From the NCBI RefSeq assembly GCF_032191835.1, contig NC_083223.1, positions 34,596,001-34,660,000 of the forward strand: DNA of 64,000 nucleotides, in the 5' to 3' direction. Shown here in pieces: positions 62,846 to 64,000 of this stretch. A program made the translations under genes and the position numbers. Every line of letters starts with the position of its first letter. The stretch's first letter is position 1. The notes below the pieces were generated by a model. That model worked only from the letters and a program-made list of their open reading frames with translations. It searched no databases and was not told the DNA's origin. Origin of the DNA: Heteronotia binoei. Its lineage: Eukaryota.

Positions 62846-63222
62846 AGGGTTGCTATTCCTCAGTTGGGGGTGGAGGTTTCCCACTTTTGCAGGCTCTTGC
62901 CCACTGCTGGCCACTGGCTGATGGGAGGATATTTCCCCAAATAGTGACATAACCAGAAAAAAATGTGATGTGCCTATGTCACCTGGAAGTAATGTAGACA
63001 TGTTGGTGGCATTGGGGGTGACATTCTGGTTTTTGGGCAAAACTCTATGGTTTGAGGCTGATATTGCCATAGAGTTTTGCCCGCAAATAAGAGTGTCTCC
63101 CCTGTCACTAGCATGCCTACATCACTTCCGGGTGATGCAGGCATGTCATGTGCTGACACTTCCAGCTCCCAGAACATTCCCCACATCCCCTAGCAGAGTT
63201 TCTGATGGACCTGGCAACCCTA
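62846..63222. mobile_element. Palindromic hAT MITE (TAGGGTTGCC family)
   Basis: TAGGGTTGC...GGCAACCCTA; internal foldback centred on AAAACTCTATGG...CCATAGAGTTTT. Confidence 0.78.
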
Positions 63223-63709
63223 GGGGGGAGGAGCCTGGAATCACATGTGATGTGATGTGACTTCTGGGAAATACTGGAAGTGATGTATATCTCTAGGAAT
63301 TGCTCTAGAGTTTTTGGCAATTCCTTGAGTGACGTAACATTCAGGGCTCATTTTGTAGAAAAAGAGGTGCCGGAGCTCATTAGCACAACTCATATACATA
63401 ACTCATTTGCAGATGCCATATACTCCTGACATCAATGGAGGGTGTACTAAACGATATCAGCTCAGCACCTACCTTAGAGTGCTTCTTGAATTATAATTGT
63501 CATAATAAAACCTTACTCCCATCATATTTTTAAAAATTACTTTCTCCTATGTGGCCACAGTCTCATGAGGAAGATTTCCATCTATTTGCTTTATACGTTT
63601 TGGCTATTTCCTCATTTTTTTTGTGGGGGAAAATATTAGAAAGTTTGTCAAATCTTAGAGTTCAGCAAAATTCCCACAGGGAATTTTGAACAATGGAGTT
63701 TGAACAATG

Positions 63710-64000
63710 GAGCCCGGAAGCAAGAGCCCCTTGGCGCAGAGTAGTAAAGCTGCAGTACTGCAGTCTGAGCTCTCTGCTTACGACCTGAGTTTGATCCTGG
63801 TGGAAGCTGGGTTCAGGTAGCTGGCTCAAGGTTGACTCAGACTTCCATCCTTCCGAGGTCAGTAAAATAAGTACCCAGCTTGCTGGGGGGAAAGTGTAGA
63901 TGACTGGGGAAGGCAATGGCAAACCACCCCATAAAAAGTCTGCCGTGAAAACGTTGTGATGCGACGTCACCCCAGAGATGGAAACGTCTGGTGCTTGCAC
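63710..64000 (+). mobile_element. Sauria SINE (runs off the window)
   Basis: GGTTGACTCAGACTTCCATCCTTCCGAGGTCAGTAAAA core; GGGGAAGGCAATGGCAAACCACCCC Bov-B-related tail. Confidence 0.9.

Overview
Vertebrate genomic DNA, most likely a gecko (Squamata: Gekkota), judged from the repeat families: Sauria SINE, Squam3-like SINE, 5S-derived SINE, Bov-B and abundant TAGGGTTGCC hAT MITEs. The window is repeat-dense and reads as intronic or intergenic. I could not identify a host gene, only a few weak candidate exons on the minus strand. The main structure is a three-level nest at 47.4-56.2 kb. A full-length Bov-B LINE (11-bp TSD) is split by an antisense chromodomain-bearing Ty3/Gypsy LTR element (5-bp TSD, LTRs apparently identical), whose gag zinc knuckle is split by a young tRNA-derived SINE. 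The Gypsy element keeps an intact -1 frameshift signal (GGGAAAC plus a predicted H-type pseudoknot) but has lost its U5/PBS in a microhomology deletion. Other highlights: a Penelope-like inverted insertion carrying two minimal hammerhead-ribozyme motifs (15.5-16.0 kb), a near-perfect 287-bp palindromic MITE (7.3-7.6 kb), and a rearranged second Gypsy gag flanked by oppositely oriented LTR tips (59.6-60.7 kb). All calls come from reading the sequence; no searches or folding computations were run.
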